A stretch of 64,000 bases of DNA from a virus (IMGVR_UViG_3300030330_005745:1-64000), one strand, 5' to 3'. Shown: positions 19,097 through 27,975, numbered from the stretch's first letter. A program made the numbers and translations. Notes: generated from the letters alone by a model not told the origin.

Positions 19097-19809
19097 TTTG
19101 TAGCATCATCCGCAACCGTCGTCCCTATCTTTTTAATTGGAAGGACTTGATCCTCTGCTTGGCAGATGAGAACCCTGATGTTCTGTTTGATCTGTCTGTT
19201 TACGAGAATGATTCAACCGATGGCACTGCTGAGTACCTGCACAGTATTCTTCCTGAACTGCAGAAGGAACTTTTCCAAGTAAGCATCACGTGTGAGAAGA
19301 ACGATAAGCCGTACTTCCCCTCGGTGAAAGATGAAGATCGTGTAACGCTTCTGGCCGAAGCACGTAATCGGACTCTGGATCAGATGGATCTGGATGTGTA
19401 CGACAAGATTGTTTTCATTGAACCAGACGTTGATTATGACCCGGATCTCATCAGCGAATTGTTTTATATGGCGTCGGACATTTGCTCACCTTACAGTCTG
19501 CAGCCTGAGAACTACCCAAGTTTCCCTTGGATTTATGACTGCTGGGCAACCAGGGTCAAGATGACGGATGACGAATTCACCGGCCCCAATTTATATGAGA
19601 TGCCTCCTTGCCTAGAGGTTGATTCAACCTTTAATTGTTTCTGTGTGTATAAGGCTAAACCGTTCCAAGAAGGTGCCCGATTTTCAGGAATTAATCCTGC
19701 AACCGGCACCTGGGACTGCGACACCACCAATATCTGTGCTGAGTTTGCGCAACGGGGATACGATCAAATCCATTTATACCGTATAGCTCTAACTCATAAT
19801 GCCAACTGA
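19084..19809 (+). CDS. Glycosyltransferase, GT-A fold, paralogue of 15980
   Basis: VYENDSTDGT, LAEARNRTL, EPDV, YDCWA, STFNCFCVY. Confidence 0.78.
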   Translation: MRILICSIIRNRRPYLFNWKDLILCLADENPDVLFDLSVYENDSTDGTAEYLHSILPELQKELFQVSITCEKNDKPYFPSVKDEDRVTLLAEARNRTLDQMDLDVYDKIVFIEPDVDYDPDLISELFYMASDICSPYSLQPENYPSFPWIYDCWATRVKMTDDEFTGPNLYEMPPCLEVDSTFNCFCVYKAKPFQEGARFSGINPATGTWDCDTTNICAEFAQRGYDQIHLYRIALTHNAN

Positions 19810-19948
19810 AGAAGAACGCTGGGCAGAATTCAATCGAAAGCTGGCTCAGCTGATACCAAATCCCCCTGCAAATTGGCGGGAAAAAGCTAAACCCTGCAAA
19901 TATCAAGCCATTCTTGATGAAAGAAAGGCGAAGAAAACGTTAGAATGA
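19799..19948 (+). CDS. 49-aa basic hypothetical protein
   Basis: Hand translation MPTEEERWAEFNRKLAQLIPNPPANWREK... Confidence 0.45.
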   Translation: MPTEEERWAEFNRKLAQLIPNPPANWREKAKPCKYQAILDERKAKKTLE

Positions 19949-20022
19949 AGACGCTCAAATGCAAACGTTTCCGAAAGCGGTTTAAGGAACTATGATCCCG
20001 GCATGAGCACCCGGGATTTTTT

Positions 20023-20796
20023 ATGAGCACTCTTGTTGCCAACCTGCCGCCTGTCAAAGTTTGGGTTCGACGTGAGTATCTACGTGATCTTCGTGACGGC
20101 CATGGAGAATATACACCTGGCTATTGGGTAACTTGCAAGTCACTATCTGGACGTGCGCTTTATTTTGAAACGTATCTAACTGAGTATGGTGCGCTATATG
20201 ACAAGCTTCCTATCAGTGCTTTTCTTGCTTGGGATTCTGATCATCCCGACGAGCCCGTGGCTCCTACTCCTGATTTGCCGCTGACTGATCTTCAGTTCTG
20301 GAATGGATTTGACACCGGTCTTGTGGTGGTCGAAAAGAATCTGATCTTCAACATGGAGTTTGAAGTGATGACGCGGGATGCAGGTATCCAACGCGGATCT
20401 TATCTGTTCACGATCGACAATTATCATCCGCACCGCAATGAACCTGACTTTTACTTTGCGGAGATGCCCGATGAGCATAAGTCCCACAACATTGTGGAGC
20501 TAGAGAACGGTCAGATTGGTGCCTATCCAAACAATAGGTGCCGCATGGTTGATCCTTCGCTTACCAACCATGACCTGAAAACGCCTGACTTCAAAGTTTC
20601 GACGCGCTATTTTAATGTAGAGCATGCTCCCAAGTGGGGCAGGCTTGGTGAGACAGATGATTATTTCTGGAAGACACCAAATGAAACTACAACACCAAAA
20701 GAGGAGCTTGTTACTGACACTGCGTGCAAGATTGAGTTTGATGCTCTTGGCGCTGAGTTTTATAAATCAGCCCGGAATGAGCAAACCAACGCATAG
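20023..20796 (+). CDS. Conserved marine phage protein of unknown function (LVANLPPVKVWVR family)
   Basis: 257 aa, aromatic-rich; EHKSHN and GAYPNNR motifs. Confidence 0.8.
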   Translation: MSTLVANLPPVKVWVRREYLRDLRDGHGEYTPGYWVTCKSLSGRALYFETYLTEYGALYDKLPISAFLAWDSDHPDEPVAPTPDLPLTDLQFWNGFDTGLVVVEKNLIFNMEFEVMTRDAGIQRGSYLFTIDNYHPHRNEPDFYFAEMPDEHKSHNIVELENGQIGAYPNNRCRMVDPSLTNHDLKTPDFKVSTRYFNVEHAPKWGRLGETDDYFWKTPNETTTPKEELVTDTACKIEFDALGAEFYKSARNEQTNA

Positions 20797-20932
20797 TTTG
20801 CGTTGTGTTCATGCTCAAGAGATTATTGCGGTTCTAAAAGAGGACCGGAGTTTACCTGAAACGGCGAAGGCAAACATCATTAAAAGGGTGTTTGTCAATT
20901 CTCCTTCCCACTGCAAATTTAAAAATGGATGA
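20777..20932 (+). CDS. Small hypothetical protein
   Basis: Internal ATG of track ORF 20624..20932 overlapping the upstream stop. Confidence 0.45.
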   Translation: MSKPTHSLRCVHAQEIIAVLKEDRSLPETAKANIIKRVFVNSPSHCKFKNG

Positions 20933-21095
20933 TCACACTTTTGAAAACTGGATCAGAGTCAAAGATGCTCTAGAAGAAGCAGGAAAAACTGACTGTTTGT
21001 TCTATCGAAGAGCCACAACAATTGTAAATGGAGGTAAACTAACCAAAGATCCTTTCGAGTTACCTACTCTTGAGTTGCCGGAGGAGAAAGAATAG
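20925..21095 (+). CDS. Small cyanophage-type protein (ENWxRVK...FYRRA)
   Basis: MDDHTFENWIRVKDALEEAGKTDCLFYRRA; pattern recalled from cyanophage hypotheticals. Confidence 0.65.
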   Translation: MDDHTFENWIRVKDALEEAGKTDCLFYRRATTIVNGGKLTKDPFELPTLELPEEKE

Positions 21096-21354
21096 CCAAA
21101 TACGGTTAGCTTTTTATAAACGGAAGCAGGAATGTTGCCGTTGTGGATGTAGCGATCACCGTGTCCTTGAGTTTCATCATGTCAATGAGAAGAGCTACAA
21201 CATTGCCGACATGGCATCTCGGGGATACGCCTGGTCCAGGATCGAAGACGAATTAAAAAAATGCGAGACAGTCTGTGCAAACTGCCATCGCATTCTTCAT
21301 CATGAACAGAAGTTACTCAGCGAAGACTTGCCTTCACCATCCACGCAGCCTTGA
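21070..21354 (+). CDS. HNH endonuclease
   Basis: CxxCG...LEFHH...CETVCANCHRILH. Confidence 0.85.
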   Translation: MSCRRRKNSQIRLAFYKRKQECCRCGCSDHRVLEFHHVNEKSYNIADMASRGYAWSRIEDELKKCETVCANCHRILHHEQKLLSEDLPSPSTQP

Positions 21355-21802
21355 AGGCATCGCCCGTTAGTTCTGCCAAGAAGTGAGCGATATCAATGGC
21401 ACCGATCTTGGTGGCAACAGGCTCAAGCTTTTTACACTTCATGCCAAGCGTTTCAAGATTCTTGGAGTACACATAGAGTTGTGTGCCACTTTGATAGCTA
21501 TCAACATGATCAAACTTGGAGGCAGCACTCCGTAATCCTTTGCCGCACATTGGCATCAGGTAATCCATGCTGCGGATGTACTCAGACATCTTGTCGAACT
21601 GTTCAAGATGTGCTTCGTATTGATCCTTAAGGAAAGCATGTACTGCCAGGAAGTTTGTCCCCTCATAGTTGAGGTGGATCAAATGTGATTGCGTCTCCAG
21701 TTCCTTCAAGTATGCAGAGATTTCAATGCATTGCTTGATGAATTTACCGATTGCAGATTTTGAATCCTGCGGTTCGGGCTCTTGTCGTGTTGGGGTTTCC
21801 AT
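21317..21802 (-). CDS. dps: Dps/ferritin-like DNA-protection protein
   Basis: SHLIHLNYEGTNFLAVHAFLKDQYE...DKMSEYIR ferroxidase pattern. Confidence 0.85.
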   Translation of the reverse strand: METPTRQEPEPQDSKSAIGKFIKQCIEISAYLKELETQSHLIHLNYEGTNFLAVHAFLKDQYEAHLEQFDKMSEYIRSMDYLMPMCGKGLRSAASKFDHVDSYQSGTQLYVYSKNLETLGMKCKKLEPVATKIGAIDIAHFLAELTGDAFKAAWMVKASLR

Positions 21803-22071
21803 CAGGCTTGAGGTAGGTTTCCTGCTTCGTACTGAGCAATTGCGTCCATCATTTCAAAGAATCGATCACGCATTGCATAACCAGCTTCCTTGATGCAGAA
21901 CTCTTCCCAAAGCCCGGTGTAAACGCCGTGCATTGGATGATCCTTATTGTCTCTTCCGTAGACTTTGTAGCAATGGTCCATGAAGATTGCACGTTTCTGC
22001 TGCTCTTCAATGTCCCAGCCTTCAAGGTTGTTCATAGGCCTGAATGCCAGTGATACTGGTGAATACAGCAC
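21802..22071 (-). CDS. Hypothetical protein
   Basis: 89-aa ORF coupled to dps (YTGLWEEF). Confidence 0.6.
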   Translation of the reverse strand: MLYSPVSLAFRPMNNLEGWDIEEQQKRAIFMDHCYKVYGRDNKDHPMHGVYTGLWEEFCIKEAGYAMRDRFFEMMDAIAQYEAGNLPQA

Positions 22072-22225
22072 CTATCTTAGGGCTGATTTCAAAAGTCAGA
22101 TCACAAAGCTCTGCTTCTATAGATTCTGCAACTTCCCGTGGAGTTTTACCTGAAAACGAATCGTAATCAAGATCAACGTCCACGGAAAGTGAAACAGTGA
22201 GCGATTGGCTTTGAACAGGTTCCAT
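22022..22225 (-). CDS. Small acidic hypothetical protein
   Basis: 67-aa ORF in the operon. Confidence 0.55.
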   Translation of the reverse strand: MEPVQSQSLTVSLSVDVDLDYDSFSGKTPREVAESIEAELCDLTFEISPKIGAVFTSITGIQAYEQP

Positions 22226-22267
22226 TAACTAAAAACAAGTTATTGTTCTTAGTTTAGTTTAATCTGC

Positions 22268-22498
22268 TCAGGGGTTAGCGCCGGAAGCGATAGCGGCGTT
22301 CAGAGGAGCCAGATCTTCGGTGGTCCAATAGGTTTTGTCCACCATGAGTTCAAGGTGCTCAACGTTACGGTTAACGGTGTCAACTTCCTCAGCAGTGCGG
22401 GAAGCCTGGCCCATCAGGTCGTTGATCAGGTTCACGGAATCAAGAGCAGCACTGTAATGCCCGGAGATCTCGGCTGCGGAGGGGGTTTCAGAAGACAT
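22268..22498 (-). CDS. Small helical protein downstream of the fibre (putative fibre assembly protein)
   Basis: RNVEHLELM...WTTEDLAPLNAAI; directly follows fibre 3. Confidence 0.7.
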   Translation of the reverse strand: MSSETPSAAEISGHYSAALDSVNLINDLMGQASRTAEEVDTVNRNVEHLELMVDKTYWTTEDLAPLNAAIASGANP

Positions 22499-22560
22499 GG
22501 TAATTACTTGGCAAACTTAATTGTAATTGTTCCTTGTTTATTTTATCAAGGAGTGCTTTA

Positions 22561-24750
22561 CTATGCAGATTCTAGTTCTGCAATACGTACTTCAAGAGCT
22601 GTGTTCTTGGCAGACAGTTCCTGCACCGCCCTGACTAAGACAGGAATGAGTTTTCCATAAGAAGCCTCAAGTCGATCTGGGTTGTTATCCATAACCAGCT
22701 TCAGATAGTCGGTATCAGTGTCTTTTTGCAGCTGTTGCAGGTCTTGGGCAATGAAGCCAGCCTCATAAGTTCCGTCTTTGCTGTTTCCGTCGCGTGTTTT
22801 CCATTCAAACTTGACAGGCTTCAAGCGTGAAACAAAATCAAGCCCTTCACCCAGTTCGGCGATATTGATTTTGTCGCGTCCGTCAGAAAGGCTGGTAATT
22901 GATGTCTGATTGCAACGAAGCGTGTTCAGGCTTGAATTGCCTAAAGTCATTTCATTATTTACAGACGAGCTGCTAGGAGATGCACTTTTACCGATGAGAG
23001 TATTGTTGTTTCCAGAAAGAGAATCGCTGCTGCTTGTGAGGATGCTAGGACCAATCAGAACATTGTTGCTACCACTAATGTTATGGGCGGTTCTGTAGCC
23101 CATGCTGATGTTATTGCTGCCGCTTGCATACCTTTGTGAACCTTCTCCGAGTGCAATATTGTATTCGCCGGTTGTTGTGTCTTTTAGACAATTTTCACCC
23201 AAACCAATGTTGTAAGACCCCGTGGTAACTTTTTCTAAAACTTCCCTTCCTAGCGCGATATTGCTCCTTCCTGTTGTCACGCTGTCCAAAGGCTTTGTAC
23301 CAATGGCAACGTTAAAGGTGCCAGTCATGCCGGCTGAACTGCCTCCACATGCTTGTTCTCCGATACCAACATTGCCGCCGCCACTTGTGAGGTCTTTACA
23401 TGCCTGCTTGCCTATAGCCACATTTATGTCTCCGCTGCTTATGTCTTGCATCGCCTGCTCGCCGATCGCAATGTTGCCATCTGCTTTATCTGAACCGGTT
23501 TCAATCGGGCTTACAAAAGCATTTGTACCACCAGATATATTTTTGTTTGCGTCTTCCGTCAGCAAACCACCGCCGCCACCTGCATCAGCCAGTGTGATAT
23601 TGCCGTTGCTTGAATTAAAAGTCAGAACTTGACCGTCAGACGCTCCAGATTGCAGGCCAGGAATCCGAAGGCTGGTAACGTTTGCATCCCCTAAAGTGAT
23701 TTCATTAGAAACCGTATTGCTACTTGGTTGAGCGTTATGTCCAATAGCGGTGCTGTTGCTGCCCGTTGTAAATGTGGTGCCAGCTTCGTGGCCCAAAAAT
23801 GTGTTATTATTCCCAGTTGTTACATCCTCTCCAGCCTGCTCACCAACAATAACGTTTGAATGGCCAGTAGTTGATGTCGTTAATGCCTTTCTGCCGATGA
23901 CAACATTGTTATAGCCTGATGTTAAAGCATCGGCTGCGAAGCTACCGATAACGGTGTTACCGCTCGCGTCTTCAAGTTGATAGCCAGCTCTATATCCAAT
24001 CAGGACGTTTTCATCACCATCAACTTCATAGCCCGCTTGATAGCCAATAACCACACACCTACTGAAATTGTCCTGTTGATATTTAGCTTCATGACCGACG
24101 ACGACGTTAGCATTACCCGGGCCTCTTCCTGCGTATGTACCGATACAAACACTATTTGTAACGCTATTGGTAGTACTTGCGGCACTAACACCGATAGCAA
24201 TGTTGCTATTAGTTGTTGTGAAGTTTCTGCCAGCGTGAGTACCCAAGCATACGTTGTAATAACCTGTTGTTATATTTTCAGCTGTCTCAAATCCAAGAGC
24301 AGTGTTATCGAATCCGGTCGTTAAATCCTTGATGGCAGTATGACCAACTGCCGTATTTCTGTTGCCGGTCGTGAGTGCATTAAGTGCGTTATATCCAAGA
24401 GCAGTTGCCTGGTTAGTAGTGCCATCATCGTTGACAAGAGCACCAGTTCCAAGGCCGATCGATTCGCCACTGTCGTAGGTGACAGCATCAGACAAGTCGT
24501 TGATCGCGGATGCACCACCACCACCAGCATCTGCAAAAGAAAAGTTACCACTTCCATCTGTAACTAATGCTTGACCATTAGTACCGTCTGCTGCTGGTAA
24601 GGTCCAGATTCTATTTGTGCTGACTGTTGCAGCTGCTTTAAAGCCTACGTAGTTGCTGCCATCGCTATCTCCAAAACGCAACTCTCCTTGCTCATCAAGG
24701 ACCAGAGGTTGAGTCAGATCAGCAATAAGTTGTGCCTTTGTTTGCGACAT
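22561..24750 (-). CDS. Third tail fibre with repeat shaft and S74 chaperone
   Basis: 729 aa; NxxIGxxA repeats; LSDGRDKINI, AGFIAQDLQ, LVRAVQEL. Confidence 0.9.
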   Translation of the reverse strand: MSQTKAQLIADLTQPLVLDEQGELRFGDSDGSNYVGFKAAATVSTNRIWTLPAADGTNGQALVTDGSGNFSFADAGGGGASAINDLSDAVTYDSGESIGLGTGALVNDDGTTNQATALGYNALNALTTGNRNTAVGHTAIKDLTTGFDNTALGFETAENITTGYYNVCLGTHAGRNFTTTNSNIAIGVSAASTTNSVTNSVCIGTYAGRGPGNANVVVGHEAKYQQDNFSRCVVIGYQAGYEVDGDENVLIGYRAGYQLEDASGNTVIGSFAADALTSGYNNVVIGRKALTTSTTGHSNVIVGEQAGEDVTTGNNNTFLGHEAGTTFTTGSNSTAIGHNAQPSSNTVSNEITLGDANVTSLRIPGLQSGASDGQVLTFNSSNGNITLADAGGGGGLLTEDANKNISGGTNAFVSPIETGSDKADGNIAIGEQAMQDISSGDINVAIGKQACKDLTSGGGNVGIGEQACGGSSAGMTGTFNVAIGTKPLDSVTTGRSNIALGREVLEKVTTGSYNIGLGENCLKDTTTGEYNIALGEGSQRYASGSNNISMGYRTAHNISGSNNVLIGPSILTSSSDSLSGNNNTLIGKSASPSSSSVNNEMTLGNSSLNTLRCNQTSITSLSDGRDKINIAELGEGLDFVSRLKPVKFEWKTRDGNSKDGTYEAGFIAQDLQQLQKDTDTDYLKLVMDNNPDRLEASYGKLIPVLVRAVQELSAKNTALEVRIAELESA

Positions 24751-24803
24751 CTTCCGTAAAACTATTTCCGTCTCTCTATTTTACGGCTTGTAGTCTGGGT
24801 AAT

Positions 24804-24828
24804 AAAAAAGCCCGCTTGGTGCGGGCTT
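24804..24828 (-). terminator. Intrinsic terminator after the beta-barrel gene
   Basis: AAGCCCGC/GCGGGCTT stem plus U6. Confidence 0.8.
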
Positions 24829-24848
24829 GTCAGTATGTAGTTAAAAAA

Positions 24849-25214
24849 TCAGAAGTTCCACTTCAGGCCTGCTTTGGAGCCATAGGAGGCATCATCAGCA
24901 AAGACACCAGACAGTTCACCGTAGACTGACAGTGATTCGGTAGCCGCCACAGAGAAACCAGTCTTGGCGCTGAGGTCAGTGCTGTTGCTGCCGGTAGCAG
25001 GATTCGAGAGGTAAGGACCACCCTGGAGATACCATCCAAGCGCACCGGTAGTGCCTTCAATACCAACATGGATGTCAGTACCGTGACCAGCACCCTTACC
25101 TTTCTTGTCCCAACCTGCGTTGTTCTCAATGTTTAAGTAAGGTCCAGCCAGGACGGGGCTTGCAATCAGACAGGAGATGCAAGCAACTGAGAATGCTTTA
25201 ATTGCTTTAAGCAC
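24849..25214 (-). CDS. Small outer-membrane beta-barrel-like protein
   Basis: Signal peptide ending VLA-G, amphipathic beta strands, C-terminal ...GLKWNF beta-signal. Confidence 0.75.
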   Translation of the reverse strand: MLKAIKAFSVACISCLIASPVLAGPYLNIENNAGWDKKGKGAGHGTDIHVGIEGTTGALGWYLQGGPYLSNPATGSNSTDLSAKTGFSVAATESLSVYGELSGVFADDASYGSKAGLKWNF

Positions 25215-25267
25215 AGTAAGTAAGCGAAATTGCCTACGAATTTTAGTATTAAAAAACAGTTTGTCTA

Positions 25268-25534
25268 CTACTGTTCGTACAGTTTTTCAAGTGAATTCGT
25301 CTTGGTTTTCTCGTAGTAACCAATACGTTCTTGGATGATGTTGTAGTAGCTGATGGCTGCATCAACCATTTCTTCAGCATTCATTTGTGCTGCGAGGCTT
25401 TCATTTGCCAGCATTGCAGCGGTCAGGATTGTGACGCCCCACTCATTCTTGGAGCCAGCAATAGCAGAAAGCGGTGTCCCTTCCTGCGTAAACCCCGCAA
25501 TCAAGTTAGTTAACTGATCAGGATTTTGCGCCAT
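25268..25534 (-). CDS. Hypothetical protein
   Basis: 88-aa helical ORF. Confidence 0.65.
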   Translation of the reverse strand: MAQNPDQLTNLIAGFTQEGTPLSAIAGSKNEWGVTILTAAMLANESLAAQMNAEEMVDAAISYYNIIQERIGYYEKTKTNSLEKLYEQ

Positions 25535-25568
25535 GGGAACACCGCCGTTTCATTTAATTGTATCGGCC

Positions 25569-25877
25569 CTAGTTTTCGTGCCGAGCAATCCAGTACCAGT
25601 AGCAGTTAGCAGCGTTCTGATGGAAACGTTTGCTGTTGAGAAGCTTCAGCTTTTTAGCTTCAAGCTCCTCGACCTTATCTGCGTTACCAGGGAGGATGTC
25701 ATCACCATTGCAGAGCATTGATGTCTCCAGTTCATTGGCTTCAATCTGAAGCTCAATGTCCTTCATGGTTTGCTGGTAGCACTGCATTTTGATCTGTGCG
25801 TCAGACAGATCCGTCGGTGCCTCCAACTTCTGGTACAGGTTGCCCGAGATATTCGGGTGCTTCCACTTCCAATTCAT
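25569..25877 (-). CDS. Coiled-coil hypothetical protein (start uncertain)
   Basis: 3' part of track ORF 25569..26141; upstream part overlaps the Gp157-like gene. Confidence 0.55.
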   Translation of the reverse strand: MNWKWKHPNISGNLYQKLEAPTDLSDAQIKMQCYQQTMKDIELQIEANELETSMLCNGDDILPGNADKVEELEAKKLKLLNSKRFHQNAANCYWYWIARHEN

Positions 25878-26520
25878 TGCTAACGAGGCGTCGTGTTCGT
25901 ATCGAAAATTCTTGTATGACTTTGACTCCGTCTGGTAGTTGCTGTCCGTTCGCATGGGCGTCGCGTATTGCATCGAGATTCGGGAGGATTTCTGTAGTTG
26001 TTTTGGGTTCCGTTCTTTCTTCAAGAACTTCTCCTGACATTGAACGTACCACGGTGTGCTTAGTGACGCACACTTCTTGCTGGATGCAGAAGGAATCTTG
26101 TTCAGAAGGTTCCCATAACTGCGGATCCGTTTTGATTTCAACTGCTAGCTCCTTGCGTTTAGATACAGTGAACTGATAGTTACGCCCATTGATCTTGTTG
26201 GTATCAAGGGGCAAAGAACGGCGCAAATACTTGACCAGTTCTTTTAGCTGCCGCACCTGAGATTCGTGGTGCTTTTGTGCCTCCTGTAGTTTTACTTTCT
26301 CTTTTTTAGCGCGTTCCGCACTGTCTTCGTGATGGGCGAGCGCGTAGTAGATACGATCCACCTTTTCAGACCGTAGCTTGGAACAGGCTTCCAACTCTGC
26401 CCGCGCCAAGTCTTGGGACTCAGGAGTGAGAAGAGGAAAAGAGCGTTCCAGGGCACCATAGTGCTGGTAAAGCTGCAGGACGTTGAGCTTTTCTAGTTTA
26501 GTTTGAGTAATTTGTTCCAC
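25801..26520 (-). CDS. Siphovirus Gp157-family protein
   Basis: Coiled coil (EKVDRIYY...ERAKKEK) followed by KINGRNYQFTV and LPDGVK. Confidence 0.7.
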   Translation of the reverse strand: MEQITQTKLEKLNVLQLYQHYGALERSFPLLTPESQDLARAELEACSKLRSEKVDRIYYALAHHEDSAERAKKEKVKLQEAQKHHESQVRQLKELVKYLRRSLPLDTNKINGRNYQFTVSKRKELAVEIKTDPQLWEPSEQDSFCIQQEVCVTKHTVVRSMSGEVLEERTEPKTTTEILPNLDAIRDAHANGQQLPDGVKVIQEFSIRTRRLVSNELEVEAPEYLGQPVPEVGGTDGSV

Positions 26521-26528
26521 GGTTCGTA

Positions 26529-26648
26529 TCAGAAGGAGGTGACGTGGGATTGGATTCGATTCATTGCATATGCCAGCAGCCCAGCGGCTGCTGTCAAAAG
26601 AAGATCTCGAAGAATGGGAAGAGCGGTAGCGAGAATGGTCTCGAACAT
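26529..26648 (-). CDS. 39-aa hydrophobic peptide
   Basis: Hand translation MFETILATALPILRDLLLTAAAGLLAYAMNRIQSHVTSF. Confidence 0.6.
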   Translation of the reverse strand: MFETILATALPILRDLLLTAAAGLLAYAMNRIQSHVTSF

Positions 26649-26669
26649 TGAAGGAATGGTTTAGGTGTC

Positions 26670-26696
26670 CGTCAGTTTTAGGTCGTGACCAGGACC
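26670..26696 (-). ncRNA. Pseudoknot leader motif, copy 1
   Basis: GGUC-CUGGUCAC-GACC-UAAAAC-UGACG; stem 1 GGUC/GACC, loop GUCA pairs with UGAC. Confidence 0.7.
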
Positions 26697-26715
26697 TGGA
26701 GTCTAAGGGGGTGTG

Positions 26716-27657
26716 TCAACCCCCTTTCTTCCAGATGTGCTTGAGCTGTTGCAGGCTGTCACCGGGATATGGGACGTAGCCTGCTTCGAGCATGTTGTCG
26801 AAGAGTTCCCAACTGTCATCTTCTGTAAAAGTTTCGCCCTTGCGGTAGTGCCGCCAGTGACTGAGCGGTGCGTTTACACCGGACTTGGTATGGATAAGGG
26901 TCATGCGTCCCTTGGTATTGCCGTCTTCAGGCGGTGCATACCACCAGGCAACACACTTTTCTGGTACGTCGTTGCATTCGATCCGAATCTGAGACCGCTT
27001 GCTGATGAACTCGCGGTACTTCTCAACCCAGCTCAAGTGTTTGCAACGTGGTTTGAAATGTGGGATCTCTTCCTTGAACGCTTGTAGATGATTGAACTGG
27101 CGATGAAAGGACCCACATGAGCAATAAGGTTCGCCAAAACTAGCTTGCTCTTCCTGCTCTTCGTCAAAGTCACCATCCAAGTCAAGGAGCCGAGGTTTAA
27201 TGTGAAACCCGTCTGGTGCAATGAGATACCCAATATCGAACTGTTCGTTCTGGAGTACGGGGAGTAAGGCATCTTTCGTATCGAAGTGGATGAGCTGATC
27301 AGCAAACCGTGCCTGGAAACGAGCGTTGGGATTGAGCCGTTCGCCTAGTGAGTGTGTGTATGACCAGCCTTTGAACAGGACATAACCGTTGTCCCGCCAT
27401 GCGCTGGGTCCACGATAATTAGGTCCAAGGTACGCAAAGAAGTTCGGTAGTCTGTTTGTGAACTTCGTGAACGCGGCGCAAACCTTTTCCCTGGCAAACT
27501 CTTGGCTGGTGCCGTCAGTGCGAGTGATGCAAACGTTGTCGCCAACAAGACTGATGCCCGCAATGTCAGTGTCATCAAAGTCATCGAATGCTCGGCGTAA
27601 ATTAGAACGGCAATAAATGAGAGACTGTGCCTCATTTAGTTTGGTTTTGGTTTCCAT
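26716..27657 (-). CDS. SWIM zinc-finger protein
   Basis: YCSCGSF...PRCKHL (CxCx(n)CxH); start placed at METKTK. Confidence 0.75.
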   Translation of the reverse strand: METKTKLNEAQSLIYCRSNLRRAFDDFDDTDIAGISLVGDNVCITRTDGTSQEFAREKVCAAFTKFTNRLPNFFAYLGPNYRGPSAWRDNGYVLFKGWSYTHSLGERLNPNARFQARFADQLIHFDTKDALLPVLQNEQFDIGYLIAPDGFHIKPRLLDLDGDFDEEQEEQASFGEPYCSCGSFHRQFNHLQAFKEEIPHFKPRCKHLSWVEKYREFISKRSQIRIECNDVPEKCVAWWYAPPEDGNTKGRMTLIHTKSGVNAPLSHWRHYRKGETFTEDDSWELFDNMLEAGYVPYPGDSLQQLKHIWKKGG

Positions 27658-27714
27658 TTGAATAGTTTGAGTTTGGTAAGATGTATGTAACATCCAAACA
27701 ATCTTGGATATCAC

Positions 27715-27975
27715 ATGGACAACATCAAGTACGTTTCGTTAAGTCAATTCCAGATTGAACCAACGTTGGACGATAAGTTCTGGCTGGAAAAGATTAAACG
27801 ATTCGTAGATGATTGTGAATCAACCTCCACATTGAAAGAAGTGGCGACCATGTTAGCCACGATCGCCACCACAAGACAGGGTGTAATTCGTGGGTTGATC
27901 CAAGACATGTTCATCTTCCAGAATGTTTCTGTCGATGAGCAGGACGTGTCCAACCCAGATATTACTTCAAAGTGA
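27715..27975 (+). CDS. nblA: NblA-like phycobilisome degradation adaptor
   Basis: LDDKFWLEKIKRFVDD...LKEV...VIRGLIQD aligns by eye with VEQQFDLQKYRQQVRD...LEDL...IFKGMIRQ of cyanobacterial NblA (recalled sequence). Confidence 0.6.
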   Translation: MDNIKYVSLSQFQIEPTLDDKFWLEKIKRFVDDCESTSTLKEVATMLATIATTRQGVIRGLIQDMFIFQNVSVDEQDVSNPDITSK

